DNA of 64,000 bases from Turneriella sp. (GTDB lineage Bacteria; Spirochaetota; Leptospiria; Turneriellales; Turneriellaceae): assembly GCA_965279515.1 (NCBI GenBank), contig CBDIID010000003.1:2304001-2368000 (forward strand), given 5' to 3'. The position numbers and the translations under genes are program-made. Within the stretch, counting starts at the first letter, position 1, and every line of letters begins with the position of its first letter. The notes under the pieces are model-generated. The model saw nothing but the letters and a program-made list of their open reading frames with translations. It did not search any database and was not told the origin of the DNA. This document shows positions 39,894 to 48,318 of the stretch, piece by piece.

Positions 39894-40750
39894 AATTGTA
39901 CGCTTCCCCCGATGCAGGTGACGGAGTTGCCCCCGATCCAGATATCAGAGCCGTCTTGCCTGACATGCACCCGCCCTGCGCGGCCGAGCATCGTGCCCTG
40001 GCTGGCAATGTATTCGTGCGGTGCTAAACCCGCACCGATCAGCCACTGCGCAACACCGGCGTTCAGCGAACCCGTTACCGGGTCTTCGGCCATACCTGAC
40101 TTCACGGGAAAAAATGCGCGGAGCTCAAACTGTGCCTCGCCGTCTGCATGTGAACCGACCACACCCACCTTGCCGCGCGGGCCGACGACGCCGACATCAA
40201 GCCCTGCAAGAATCTGTGCATCGGGTTTTAAAGCCAACACCTGATCGGCCGAGGCAAGCATGACACCGCGCCAGTTGGGTCCGTTATCGCACCAGGAATG
40301 GTGAATGATATCTTTGCGGGCGACACCGAGGCCGCGCGCAATGAGTTCGACATCGGCTTCAGGCAGTGGTCCGCTCTTCTTCAAGGGCGGTGCGGCAAAG
40401 GCGAGGCGATTTCCATCGCGGCGGATCTTTACAAGCCCGACGCCGCATTCCTGTACAATAAATTTAGCTTTAGGTTTGCCGCCCGCCTCGAGCCAGGCAT
40501 GGCATGTGCCGAGTGTCGGGTGTCCCGCGAACGGCAGTTCGCGGCCGGGGCAAAAGATGCGCACCTTGTAGTCGGCGGATGGATCTTCGGGCGGCAAAAG
40601 AAACGTCGCTTCTGAAAGATTGGTCCAGTCTGTGAAAACTTGCATTTCCGCCGGGGTTAATCCCACCCCATCTAAAACCACCGCCAAAGGATTGCCGCGG
40701 TAGGCTACTTGCGTAAAGACATCGATTTGTTTAAAGGGTCGGTTGGTCAT
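39890..40750 (-). CDS. PhzF-family isomerase
   Basis: QIDVFT..GNPLAVV, NLSEATF, ELPFAGHPTLG, EDPVTGS. Confidence 0.93.
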   Translation of the reverse strand: MTNRPFKQIDVFTQVAYRGNPLAVVLDGVGLTPAEMQVFTDWTNLSEATFLLPPEDPSADYKVRIFCPGRELPFAGHPTLGTCHAWLEAGGKPKAKFIVQECGVGLVKIRRDGNRLAFAAPPLKKSGPLPEADVELIARGLGVARKDIIHHSWCDNGPNWRGVMLASADQVLALKPDAQILAGLDVGVVGPRGKVGVVGSHADGEAQFELRAFFPVKSGMAEDPVTGSLNAGVAQWLIGAGLAPHEYIASQGTMLGRAGRVHVRQDGSDIWIGGNSVTCIGGSVQL

Positions 40751-40824
40751 GACCTACAGGCCGCAGCTGCCCGACACGCCGGCAATTCGATTGCCAGGCG
40801 CGCCCCAACCAGCGAAGCGCAACC

Positions 40825-40995
40825 ATGAAACTGAGTCAGGGACAGGACAAGCAGAGTTTTTCCGCAACGGAAATGAACTTCGGTGAATTGAAAACCATCC
40901 GCGATGCATTGAAGGCTTTCGCCAAAGGCGGATCGGCGCAGGCGGCGAAGCTGGCCGCCGAGATTGAGACGGCGCTGGATAGCATGCAGGTCTAG
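40825..40995 (+). CDS. Small 56-aa hypothetical protein (absent from ORF track)
   Basis: MKLSQGQDKQSFSATEMNFGELKTIRDALKAFAKGGSAQAAKLAAEIETALDSMQV; host-like codons; fills the gap. Confidence 0.6.
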   Translation: MKLSQGQDKQSFSATEMNFGELKTIRDALKAFAKGGSAQAAKLAAEIETALDSMQV

Positions 40996-41018
40996 CGGCG
41001 TTTGCCGCCAAACCTGCT
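40987..41018. terminator. Hairpin between convergent genes
   Basis: GCAGGT..GCGGC-GTTT-GCCGC..ACCTGC. Confidence 0.4.
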
Positions 41019-41026
41019 ATCGGTGC

Positions 41027-42181
41027 TTAAGCCGACTTCTTTTTCCACAGCGGCTGCTCGTGCGTCAGCGCGGGCTTGCCGATGAACTGGCGGCGGTTAA
41101 ACGACGCCTTGTTTTTGTGTGCCACGATCTGGTAACAGGTCGCATGCCCTTCGGCGGCGATCTGTGTTGACCACGCGAGGAAGGCATCCCACAGGCGGAA
41201 CCAATACGCGTTATAGGCTTTGAGGACATTCTGCTTGTTCTTCAGCCAGTTTTGGTGCCACTGGTTGAGGGTGTTTGAGTAGTGGATGCCCACGGTCTCA
41301 ACACTGCGCACTTCGAAGCCCGCATTCTCAAGCTTCTTGATATACCATTTCAGGGGCATACTCGCGTCTGCGCCGGGGAAGATGTATTTGTTCATGAAGA
41401 GGCCCCAGACAAGGCTTTCCATGTTCCACAGACCTGATTTGAGACCCGCTACCTGCTGGTAGTAGATACCGTCGTCGTCGAGCAGGTTGTAGATCTGTTT
41501 CATGAACTTATTGAAGTTCTTCACACCCACGTGCTCGGCCATCTCAACGCAGGTAATCTTGTCGAATTTCTGCTTCGGAATGTCGCGGTAGTCGATTTTC
41601 AAAACGTCGACTTTACCTTCGAGCTTTTGTTTCTTGATCTGGTTGCTGATGTACTGGTAACCTTGCTCAGCAATCGTAACGCCGGTCACTTTCGCGCCGT
41701 ATTTTTTGGCTGAATTGTAGAGAAGAGTACCCCAGCCGCAACCGATGTCGAGCATCTTGTCGCCTTTTTTGAGGTTAATCTTCTCAGCGATGAGGTCGAT
41801 TTTGTTCTGCTGTGCCTGCTCAAGCGTTTCTTTTCCGGTTTTGTAGATACCGCTGGTGTAAACCATGTATGGCCCGAGGAACCAGTTGAAGAAGTCATTA
41901 CCGATATCATAGTGATCTTGCGCGATGCGTGTATCTTGCGCCTTCGAGTGGATGAGCACCTGCGGCAAAAACTTTGTCAGGAAGAAGCTGTAATGAGAAG
42001 AAACAAATTTAAATTCGAAAATTTCTTTCTTATGCTTCAGCAGTTCTGCAAAGTTATCAACTTTGAGATCAATGTCACCCGCGATGTAGTCTTCGACAAC
42101 GCGAATGATGGGAACTTTCTTTTTGGAGTAACGGCCCTTTAAACTTTTTTTATTGACCGTAACGAAATCAGCTATTTTCAT
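41027..42181 (-). CDS. CFA-synthase-family SAM lipid methyltransferase, sphingolipid C9-methyltransferase-like
   Basis: HYDIGNDFF, MVYTSG, LDIGCGWG, VEMAEHVG, WGLFMNKYIFPGADAS. Confidence 0.85.
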   Translation of the reverse strand: MKIADFVTVNKKSLKGRYSKKKVPIIRVVEDYIAGDIDLKVDNFAELLKHKKEIFEFKFVSSHYSFFLTKFLPQVLIHSKAQDTRIAQDHYDIGNDFFNWFLGPYMVYTSGIYKTGKETLEQAQQNKIDLIAEKINLKKGDKMLDIGCGWGTLLYNSAKKYGAKVTGVTIAEQGYQYISNQIKKQKLEGKVDVLKIDYRDIPKQKFDKITCVEMAEHVGVKNFNKFMKQIYNLLDDDGIYYQQVAGLKSGLWNMESLVWGLFMNKYIFPGADASMPLKWYIKKLENAGFEVRSVETVGIHYSNTLNQWHQNWLKNKQNVLKAYNAYWFRLWDAFLAWSTQIAAEGHATCYQIVAHKNKASFNRRQFIGKPALTHEQPLWKKKSA

Positions 42182-42352
42182 TTAACATGAACGGTCGGTC
42201 AGACACACCGACAAGTAATTAACTTTGTTAGTTTAACCAGGCGGTTAAGAATGCGATTAATAAACGAGTACTCGATTGTTATTCATGTCGGCAATATAAA
42301 TACGCGTACGGAGAATCGAGGCCGCGGAATATGACGGACTGGCGGGAATGTT

Positions 42353-42433
42353 AAACGCAGAGTACGCGAAGTTGCGCAAAGGAATCAAAGATAGCAAATC
42401 TCAACTCTGCGTTCCTTTACGCCCTTTGCGGTT
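42353..42433. repeat. CGCAGAG/CGCAAAG inverted mini-repeat, family C
   Basis: AAACGCAGAG TACGCGAAG TTGCGCAAAG ... CTCTGCGTTC CTTTACGCC CTTTGCGGTT. Confidence 0.65.
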
Positions 42434-42510
42434 CATAAAAATGGCAATTTCCCCCGCTCAACATATCCCGACCCTCTCTGAAACCGCAGGATCGTTTTCC
42501 GCTTTACGTA

Positions 42511-42556
42511 ACGAACGGCGTTAGATATATGGCTACAGATAACTAACGCCGATAGA
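42511..42556. promoter_or_regulatory. Paired TetR-type operator candidates
   Basis: ACGAACGGCGTTAGA and ACTAACGCCGATAGA in inverted orientation upstream of desaturase-tetR. Confidence 0.55.
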
Positions 42557-42587
42557 TATAAATAAGGCGGAGGTTAGGGAGAAACTT

Positions 42588-43382
42588 ATGGCAACTATCC
42601 TGATTTTCTTCGGAGCACACTGGTTTTGCTCCGCATTCGCGCAGACATTCTTTCTGCACCGCTATGCATCGCATAGCATGTTCACCATGTCGAAGGGCTG
42701 GGAAAAGTTCTGGCACCTGTTCACGATTATTGCACAGGGCCCATCGTTCCTTAACCCCCGCGGCTATGCGATCCTGCACCGCATGCACCACCAGTTTAGC
42801 GATACCGAGAAAGACCCGCACAGCCCCCACCATGCGAAAAACTTTTTTGATATGATGCTGAAAACCAAGCACACTTACGACGACTACGCTTATGGCCGCG
42901 TCGAAGCACCTAAGGTTTTTGCGGAAAACACACCTTCCTGGCCGCTCATCGATAACCTCGGGCAATCGTGGGTATTCCGCATCGCCGCGGGCTCACTCTA
43001 TGCTTTCTTTTACATGGCTTTTGTACCCGAAGGCATGTGGTACCTTTACCTGCTGCTACCCGCGCACTGGCTGATGGGGCCCATCCATGGCGCCATGGTA
43101 AACTGGGGCGGGCACAAATACGGCTACGTCAACTACACCAAAACCAAAGACGAGTCGAAAAACACGCTCCCGATTGACTTTCTCATCGGCGGCGAGCTCT
43201 ACCAGAACAACCACCACGCCTTCGGCACGAACCCCAACTTCGCGAAACGCTGGTTCGAGCTCGACACGACCTACCAGATTATGCGCGTCATGAACCTCTT
43301 GCACATCATCCGCTTCAAAAAGACCGCCGAGCCTAAAACTATGGCTCAGCGTTCAGTTTCGACCGAAACTGCGGCGGCTTGA
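42588..43382 (+). CDS. Acyl-CoA/acyl-lipid delta-9-type desaturase
   Basis: His boxes HRYASH, HRMHH, QNNHH; DPHSP. Confidence 0.92.
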   Translation: MATILIFFGAHWFCSAFAQTFFLHRYASHSMFTMSKGWEKFWHLFTIIAQGPSFLNPRGYAILHRMHHQFSDTEKDPHSPHHAKNFFDMMLKTKHTYDDYAYGRVEAPKVFAENTPSWPLIDNLGQSWVFRIAAGSLYAFFYMAFVPEGMWYLYLLLPAHWLMGPIHGAMVNWGGHKYGYVNYTKTKDESKNTLPIDFLIGGELYQNNHHAFGTNPNFAKRWFELDTTYQIMRVMNLLHIIRFKKTAEPKTMAQRSVSTETAAA

Positions 43383-43408
43383 TTTATCCTTTGCGCGTGA
43401 GTCATCAA

Positions 43409-43440
43409 GTGGGATTAATCCCTGTGGCGATTAATCCCAC
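43409..43440. promoter_or_regulatory. Perfect 12-bp inverted repeat over the tetR start region
   Basis: GTGGGATTAATC-CCTGTGGC-GATTAATCCCAC. Confidence 0.5.
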
Positions 43441-44218
43441 CGAACGCGCGCTGCGCATCAAAGCGCTGCGCGATAAAAAGTCCGCCGAGCGGGCTTTAAA
43501 AGTGCGCGAGCGCAGCGAACGCATTCGTCTCGCGCGCATCGGCTCAGGCGGAGGCAAAAAAGGCACGCCAAAACACCCGCGCCGTGCGCGCGGTTCCTTA
43601 AGCCGCGACGAAATCATTGAAGCCGCAACGGCGATCGTCAACGAGCATGGCGTCGAAGCGATGAGCATGCGCCGGGTCGCTGAGCGCCTGGGTTGTTCGG
43701 TTGCCAGCCCCTATGCGCATTTTGAGAACCAGGAAGAGATCATGCGCATTCTTGTGATGAACGGCGAGAAGCGCCTCACGCAAGATTTACGCCAGGCACA
43801 GGCAAGTTCGCAGGATGTTTACAAGCAGCTTGACGCCATCGCGCATGGCTACTGGAGCTTTGCCTCGAGAAACCGCGAACTGCACAGGCTGATGTTCAGC
43901 GCTTCGGGTGGTAAACTCTACCGCAGGTCTTTTCCGACTCTGCCAACATCGTACCGTGTGTTCCTCGAAACCATACGCCGCGGCATCGGCTCAGGCTCTA
44001 TCCCCTATTCGCGCCGGGCTTATCCCGGAATCGCACGCACGATGTGGTCGTGGATGTACGGCCTCATTGTGCTCGACCTCAACGGCATGATACGGCATCC
44101 GCAGGGTGCGGACCCGGTCAGAGAAGGCATTGAATTATTCACCAAGCTGCTGAAAAGCGGCGAGTCGCCCAAATTTGACCGCCGCGTTCGCCCGGCCAAT
44201 TTTGAGCAGCCGCAGTAA
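43424..44218 (+). CDS. TetR-family regulator with basic N-terminal extension
   Basis: LSRDEIIEAA..MSMRRVAERLGCSVASPYAHF; start uncertain. Confidence 0.88.
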   Translation: MAINPTERALRIKALRDKKSAERALKVRERSERIRLARIGSGGGKKGTPKHPRRARGSLSRDEIIEAATAIVNEHGVEAMSMRRVAERLGCSVASPYAHFENQEEIMRILVMNGEKRLTQDLRQAQASSQDVYKQLDAIAHGYWSFASRNRELHRLMFSASGGKLYRRSFPTLPTSYRVFLETIRRGIGSGSIPYSRRAYPGIARTMWSWMYGLIVLDLNGMIRHPQGADPVREGIELFTKLLKSGESPKFDRRVRPANFEQPQ

Positions 44219-44226
44219 TCTAACAG

Positions 44227-45000
44227 TTATTTGAATTGCGGGCGTCGGCCGGCCACAGCGGCGGCGATGCCTTCCTGCGCATCGGCAGTCTGAATGCTGG
44301 CGCGCGTTTCGGCGATATCTTCAGCGAGCACCGCTGCGGCCTGTGTGCGCATGGTATGGCGCATCGCCTGCTTGATCGAACGCATGCCCGAGGCAGATGC
44401 GCCGGCGATACGGCGGGCCAGCTTCTGGGCAGCAGCTTCGAGGCTTGCCGCCGGATGCAGTTCGTCGATAAGCCCGATCTCCTTCGCGGCTGCACTTTTC
44501 CACGGTGTTCCGTCCATGACATGTTTCAGCGCCTTGTCATAACCGATGGTATTCTCGAGTAAGCGGCAGACAAAGAGCGGCACACGAATACCGATCTTGA
44601 TTTCAGGCAGGCCAATGCGAGCACCGTCTTCGACCATCAGCCGGTAGTCTGACGCCAATGCCAGCATCGCGCCATACCCCATGGCATGGCCATTCACTTC
44701 AGCCACGACCGGCGCGGGAAAAAAATAGACCTTGTGCAGGATCGCGTAGAAGAGTGTGAGAAACTGCTCGAGCGCAGCGCCATCGGTAATCTGCTGCAGG
44801 CGTTCGAGATTCAGGCCCTGTGAAAAAACTCCAACGGTGCCGCTGCGCAGAACGAGCGCGCGCACACCGGTATTCACGGTAAGTTCGCCCAGCTTCTGGT
44901 CGAATTCCTGGAAACTCTCCAGGTCAAACTGGTTTGCCTCGTTGGTGCGGATTACCAGCGTCCATACGCCCTTGTCTCCGCTGATCATGATTTTTTCCAT
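44227..45000 (-). CDS. Enoyl-CoA hydratase/isomerase
   Basis: FSQGLNL, VNGHAMGYG, GLPEIKIG, GLIDE; RBS AGGAGG. Confidence 0.92.
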   Translation of the reverse strand: MEKIMISGDKGVWTLVIRTNEANQFDLESFQEFDQKLGELTVNTGVRALVLRSGTVGVFSQGLNLERLQQITDGAALEQFLTLFYAILHKVYFFPAPVVAEVNGHAMGYGAMLALASDYRLMVEDGARIGLPEIKIGIRVPLFVCRLLENTIGYDKALKHVMDGTPWKSAAAKEIGLIDELHPAASLEAAAQKLARRIAGASASGMRSIKQAMRHTMRTQAAAVLAEDIAETRASIQTADAQEGIAAAVAGRRPQFK

Positions 45001-45010
45001 ACGCCCTCCT

Positions 45011-45036
45011 TGTATAATTTTATATAAAACTATACA
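45011..45036. promoter_or_regulatory. Palindromic MarR-type operator
   Basis: TGTATAATTTTATATAAAACTATACA near-perfect palindrome; ATATAAAACTAT repeated at 45042. Confidence 0.65.
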
Positions 45037-45095
45037 GTGGGATATAAAACTATTTACCTTGACGGCGTCAACATTATTGAAACAGCGTATCCGCT

Positions 45096-45530
45096 GTGCA
45101 CGGTTCGCAGCGCCCCGTTATCAAATACCTCGTGCGTTCCGGTGAGCTTGCGGTAAAAAATCTTGAAGTCGGCATGTCAAAACAGCCGCTGCGCGGTTTG
45201 GCGGCTTCGCACCTTGAAATTATTACCTATCTGCTGCGCAAGGGCCCTGCGACGATGCAGTCCTTGTCGCGCGCCCTCGAACGCGACAAATCTACGGTGA
45301 CGGTTCTTGTGCGCAAGCTCTCTCAGATGGGTTTTGTCGCCAAAAAAGGCGTGGCGGGCGACGGCCGCGTGACGATGGTTTCACTGACGGCAAAAGGTTT
45401 GGCCCTCAGAACACCTGTGCTGCGCGTGTTCGTAAAAACGGAACAGGCCTTGGGAAAAAACCTTTCCGCAGAAGAACGGGCAAACCTGTTTGTTCTGCTT
45501 GAAAAAGTCTACTCGGGGCTGAAGGACTAA
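45096..45530 (+). CDS. MarR-family regulator
   Basis: DKSTVTVLVRKL..GFV..DGRVTMVSLTAKG. Confidence 0.88.
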   Translation: MHGSQRPVIKYLVRSGELAVKNLEVGMSKQPLRGLAASHLEIITYLLRKGPATMQSLSRALERDKSTVTVLVRKLSQMGFVAKKGVAGDGRVTMVSLTAKGLALRTPVLRVFVKTEQALGKNLSAEERANLFVLLEKVYSGLKD

Positions 45531-46357
45531 AACCGGTAAAAGGCGCGGGTGTTCGCGGTGCAGGCTGCGGCGATAACCTCGACACTCTCCCCGCGCAATA
45601 CCGAAAGGAAATCCAACGTGTGCTTCACATAACCCGGCTGGTTAATTTTGCCGCGGTGCGGAATCGGCGCCAGAAACGGCGCGTCAGTTTCAATCAGCAT
45701 GCGGTCGAGCGGGCAGGCTTTTGCCGCTTCTTGTAACGCCGCTGCGTTCTTGAAGGTGACAATGCCCGAAAAAGAAATATAACAACCCATCGCCAGGAAT
45801 TCTTCCATCTCGGGTTTTGTGCCGGTAAAACAATGAATCAAAGTCGGAATACCTTCGGCTTCGGCTTTCAGCACCGCCACGGTGTCGGCATGCGCGTCAC
45901 GGGTGTGCAGCGCAATGCCGCGGTTCACGCGCCGGGCCGCACGCACGAAGTCAATGAACACCTTCTTCTGGATATCCGCCTGATCGGCGTAATAATGGTA
46001 GTCGAGGCCAATCTCGCCCACCGCAACAAATTTCGGGTCGTCTTTATTCTCTTCGATGAACCTCAGGCCAAAATCGGAATCTTCTGTCGTCGGCGAAGAC
46101 GACATCGTGTCGGCCGCCGACCCAGCGCGTCCATGCGCATTGGTACTCGCTTCGCCGGGGTGGTGGCCGATCGTGTAATAGACGTCGATGAGCTGCGAGG
46201 TATGCGCCAGCGTGCGCGCCCAGAGCATCGCCGCCTTGTCGGCACCGATCTCGACGAGCGCACCCACGCCGTTCTCGGCGAGAGTGCGCGTGACTTCTTC
46301 AACTCCCAGACCCCGCTCTATCACCATGTCCAAGTGGCAGTGAGAGTCTATTAAATT
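45527..46357 (-). CDS. tatD: TatD-family nuclease (start unresolved; frame stays open through tRNA-Leu)
   Basis: IDSHCHLD, GEIGLDY, LHTRDA, HCFTG, ETDAPFLAP. Confidence 0.9.
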   Translation of the reverse strand, partial: NLIDSHCHLDMVIERGLGVEEVTRTLAENGVGALVEIGADKAAMLWARTLAHTSQLIDVYYTIGHHPGEASTNAHGRAGSAADTMSSSPTTEDSDFGLRFIEENKDDPKFVAVGEIGLDYHYYADQADIQKKVFIDFVRAARRVNRGIALHTRDAHADTVAVLKAEAEGIPTLIHCFTGTKPEMEEFLAMGCYISFSGIVTFKNAAALQEAAKACPLDRMLIETDAPFLAPIPHRGKINQPGYVKHTLDFLSVLRGESVEVIAAACTANTRAFYRF

Positions 46358-46441
46358 TACCCGTGGCCGGAGTTGAACCGGCACGGCATTGCTGCCCCAG
46401 GATTTTAAGTCCTGTATGTCTACCAATTCCATCACACGGGC
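46358..46441 (-). tRNA. tRNA-Leu (anticodon TAA), no encoded CCA
   Basis: GCCCGTGTGATGGAATTGGTAGACATACAGGACTTAAAATCCTG..long variable arm..GGTTCAACTCCGGCCACGGGTA. Confidence 0.95.
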
Positions 46442-46453
46442 TCTTTTTAAAAA

Positions 46454-46497
46454 GGCAAAAACAACACACCCCCGTGAGGGGGTGTGTTGTTTTTGCC
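46454..46497. repeat. Perfect 20-bp hairpin in tRNA spacer
   Basis: GGCAAAAACAACACACCCCC-GTGA-GGGGGTGTGTTGTTTTTGCC. Confidence 0.85.
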
Positions 46498-46503
46498 AGA
46501 TTG

Positions 46504-46574
46504 AGGTGTCGCCCGGATTTGAACCGGGGGTGGAGCTTTTGCAGAGCTCTGCCTTACCACTTGGCTACGACACC
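46504..46574 (-). tRNA. tRNA-Cys (anticodon GCA), no encoded CCA
   Basis: GGTGTCGTAGCCAAGTGGTAAGGCAGAGCTCTGCAAAAGCTC..GGTTCAAATCCGGGCGACACCT. Confidence 0.95.
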
Positions 46575-46579
46575 GATTT

Positions 46580-46689
46580 GGTTGGCGTGAAAACCGAGAT
46601 CGCCGAAGCGACAGCAGCGAAGCGCTTTAGCAGCAACTTCGCCCCGCGAATTTGCGAGGCTGGAGCTTCGGCTCGGTTTTCCGCCAACC
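46580..46689. repeat. Family A palindromic element, second copy
   Basis: Terminal IR GGTTGGCG-TGAAAACCGAG / CTCGGTTTTC-CGCCAACC; AGCGCTTTAGCAGC is the reverse complement of 5701-5714. Confidence 0.7.
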
Positions 46690-46790
46690 GATATTGTGCG
46701 GAAAATACTACGAAAAACACAGGTCGTCAAGGATTAAGGGGGTTGCAAAGCCGTAAACACCTCGCAATACGGCCGTGGCCGGCACTTCGA

Positions 46791-48290
46791 ATGAACTGGT
46801 TCATGAATCGATCACTTTCGCCACCGTTAATCCAGGTCTTGTTATTATCATGTCTGGGCATAGCCTTTCTTTCTGCCTGGCCCCAATTTAACGCCCTAAG
46901 CGCCATCGCACCGCCAGGCCATCCGGTGAGTGCCGCCTTCCGGCTTGTCTCGCAGCTACTGCTGTTTGCCCCGGTGGCGCTGTTGCAACTCATTCCCGAA
47001 CGCCGGAGTATTCAGAGCCCTCGGTGGACATCGTGGATTAACGCGTTGCTGCTTTCCGGAATCATGCTCTATGCATATCTGCCGGCGCCCTTCTTCGATT
47101 ATGTGTGGGATGTTTTTCTCATCGAGAGTATTTTTGTTTTCCTGATTTCACGCATCTGCCTGGTAATTGAAGGCCGCGAAGATTTATTTCCCTGGCCAAT
47201 GCGGGTGTTGCTTTTTAAACTCATGCTGTGTATGGGGATAGTTAAATTTCTGCACGGCATGCCCGAATGGCGCTCCGGTCTGGCGTTAAAGTATTTCTGG
47301 CAAAACCAGCCAATGCCCGGGCACATGGCGTGGTGTCTGGCGCAGTTACCTGATTTCATGCAGCAAATTATGGCGGCGTTTGTTTTTCTGGTCGAGGTAC
47401 CGGGGCCATTTCTGATCTTCGGGGGCGGCAAATCCAGACGGCTGTTTTTTTTCCTGAACCTGATGCTCCAGTTTGGTATCTTCATTTCGGGTAACTATGG
47501 ATTTTTTAATATCCTTACCGTGGTGCTCAGTATTTCTCTATGGGATATGCCAAAGCTAGATGCATTGCAGCATGGTCGTTCTTCCTTACCACCTTTGCAT
47601 CCGTTGTTGAGGAAAATAGTTTTATGCGCCTGCAGCGTTATCCTCGCCGGCTGGTGTTTCACATCACTATGGTATCTGTACCGGTGCGTCTTTCCGGGAC
47701 CAAAATATTTGCACGAGACAAGTTGGATTTTTCTGGGCAATGAAGAGCAGCGCGCCGTACCGGCTCCGATTCGAACCGCACTTAAAGTCTATGCCGCCGC
47801 GAAGATCAGCAATCCCTATGCCCTGTTTGGCATGATACCCAAGTACCGGCTGGAAATCGGCCTGGAAGGCAGCGCGGACGGAGTCGAATGGAAAAAATAC
47901 CAGTTTAAAATCAAACCCGACAAGGCGCAGACCGCACCAATTTGGTACGCTCCGCACCACTGGCGGCTCGATCACCAGATGTATTATGAATCCTTCCGTA
48001 TCCGCGACCCCGCCCTGCATGAAAAATATAGCTACTTTCTGGGCGTGCGGTGGATGCCCCACTTTCTTCATGGGCTGCTCACCCAAAAGCCCGGTATCTC
48101 CCGATTGTTGGAAAACAATCCCTTTCCGGAGCACCCCCCGCTGCGCTTGCGTTTTACCTATACGTTTTACGAGTTTAATAACCGGGACGAATTTCTCGCG
48201 ACACAAAAATACTGGAAAACGACTCCCGCGCGCAGCGGCAAATTTTTTGAAGGCATTCTCGACCTGGGGAATATCCACCAATTACCGTGA
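46791..48290 (+). CDS. Lipase maturation factor (LMF1) family membrane protein
   Basis: LLFKLMLCMGIVK, QNQPMP, ISGNYGFFNILT, SNPYALFG, EGSADG..WK.Y.FK.KP, APHHWRLDHQM. Confidence 0.88.
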   Translation: MNWFMNRSLSPPLIQVLLLSCLGIAFLSAWPQFNALSAIAPPGHPVSAAFRLVSQLLLFAPVALLQLIPERRSIQSPRWTSWINALLLSGIMLYAYLPAPFFDYVWDVFLIESIFVFLISRICLVIEGREDLFPWPMRVLLFKLMLCMGIVKFLHGMPEWRSGLALKYFWQNQPMPGHMAWCLAQLPDFMQQIMAAFVFLVEVPGPFLIFGGGKSRRLFFFLNLMLQFGIFISGNYGFFNILTVVLSISLWDMPKLDALQHGRSSLPPLHPLLRKIVLCACSVILAGWCFTSLWYLYRCVFPGPKYLHETSWIFLGNEEQRAVPAPIRTALKVYAAAKISNPYALFGMIPKYRLEIGLEGSADGVEWKKYQFKIKPDKAQTAPIWYAPHHWRLDHQMYYESFRIRDPALHEKYSYFLGVRWMPHFLHGLLTQKPGISRLLENNPFPEHPPLRLRFTYTFYEFNNRDEFLATQKYWKTTPARSGKFFEGILDLGNIHQLP

Positions 48291-48318
48291 GTTTCAAACC
48301 GGCAGACGGCAAAATTCT

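Noticed and set aside
46389..46790. N-terminal extension of the LMF1 ORF
   Set aside because: Runs antisense through two tRNAs and a repeat; the real start is probably ATG 46791 or 46803
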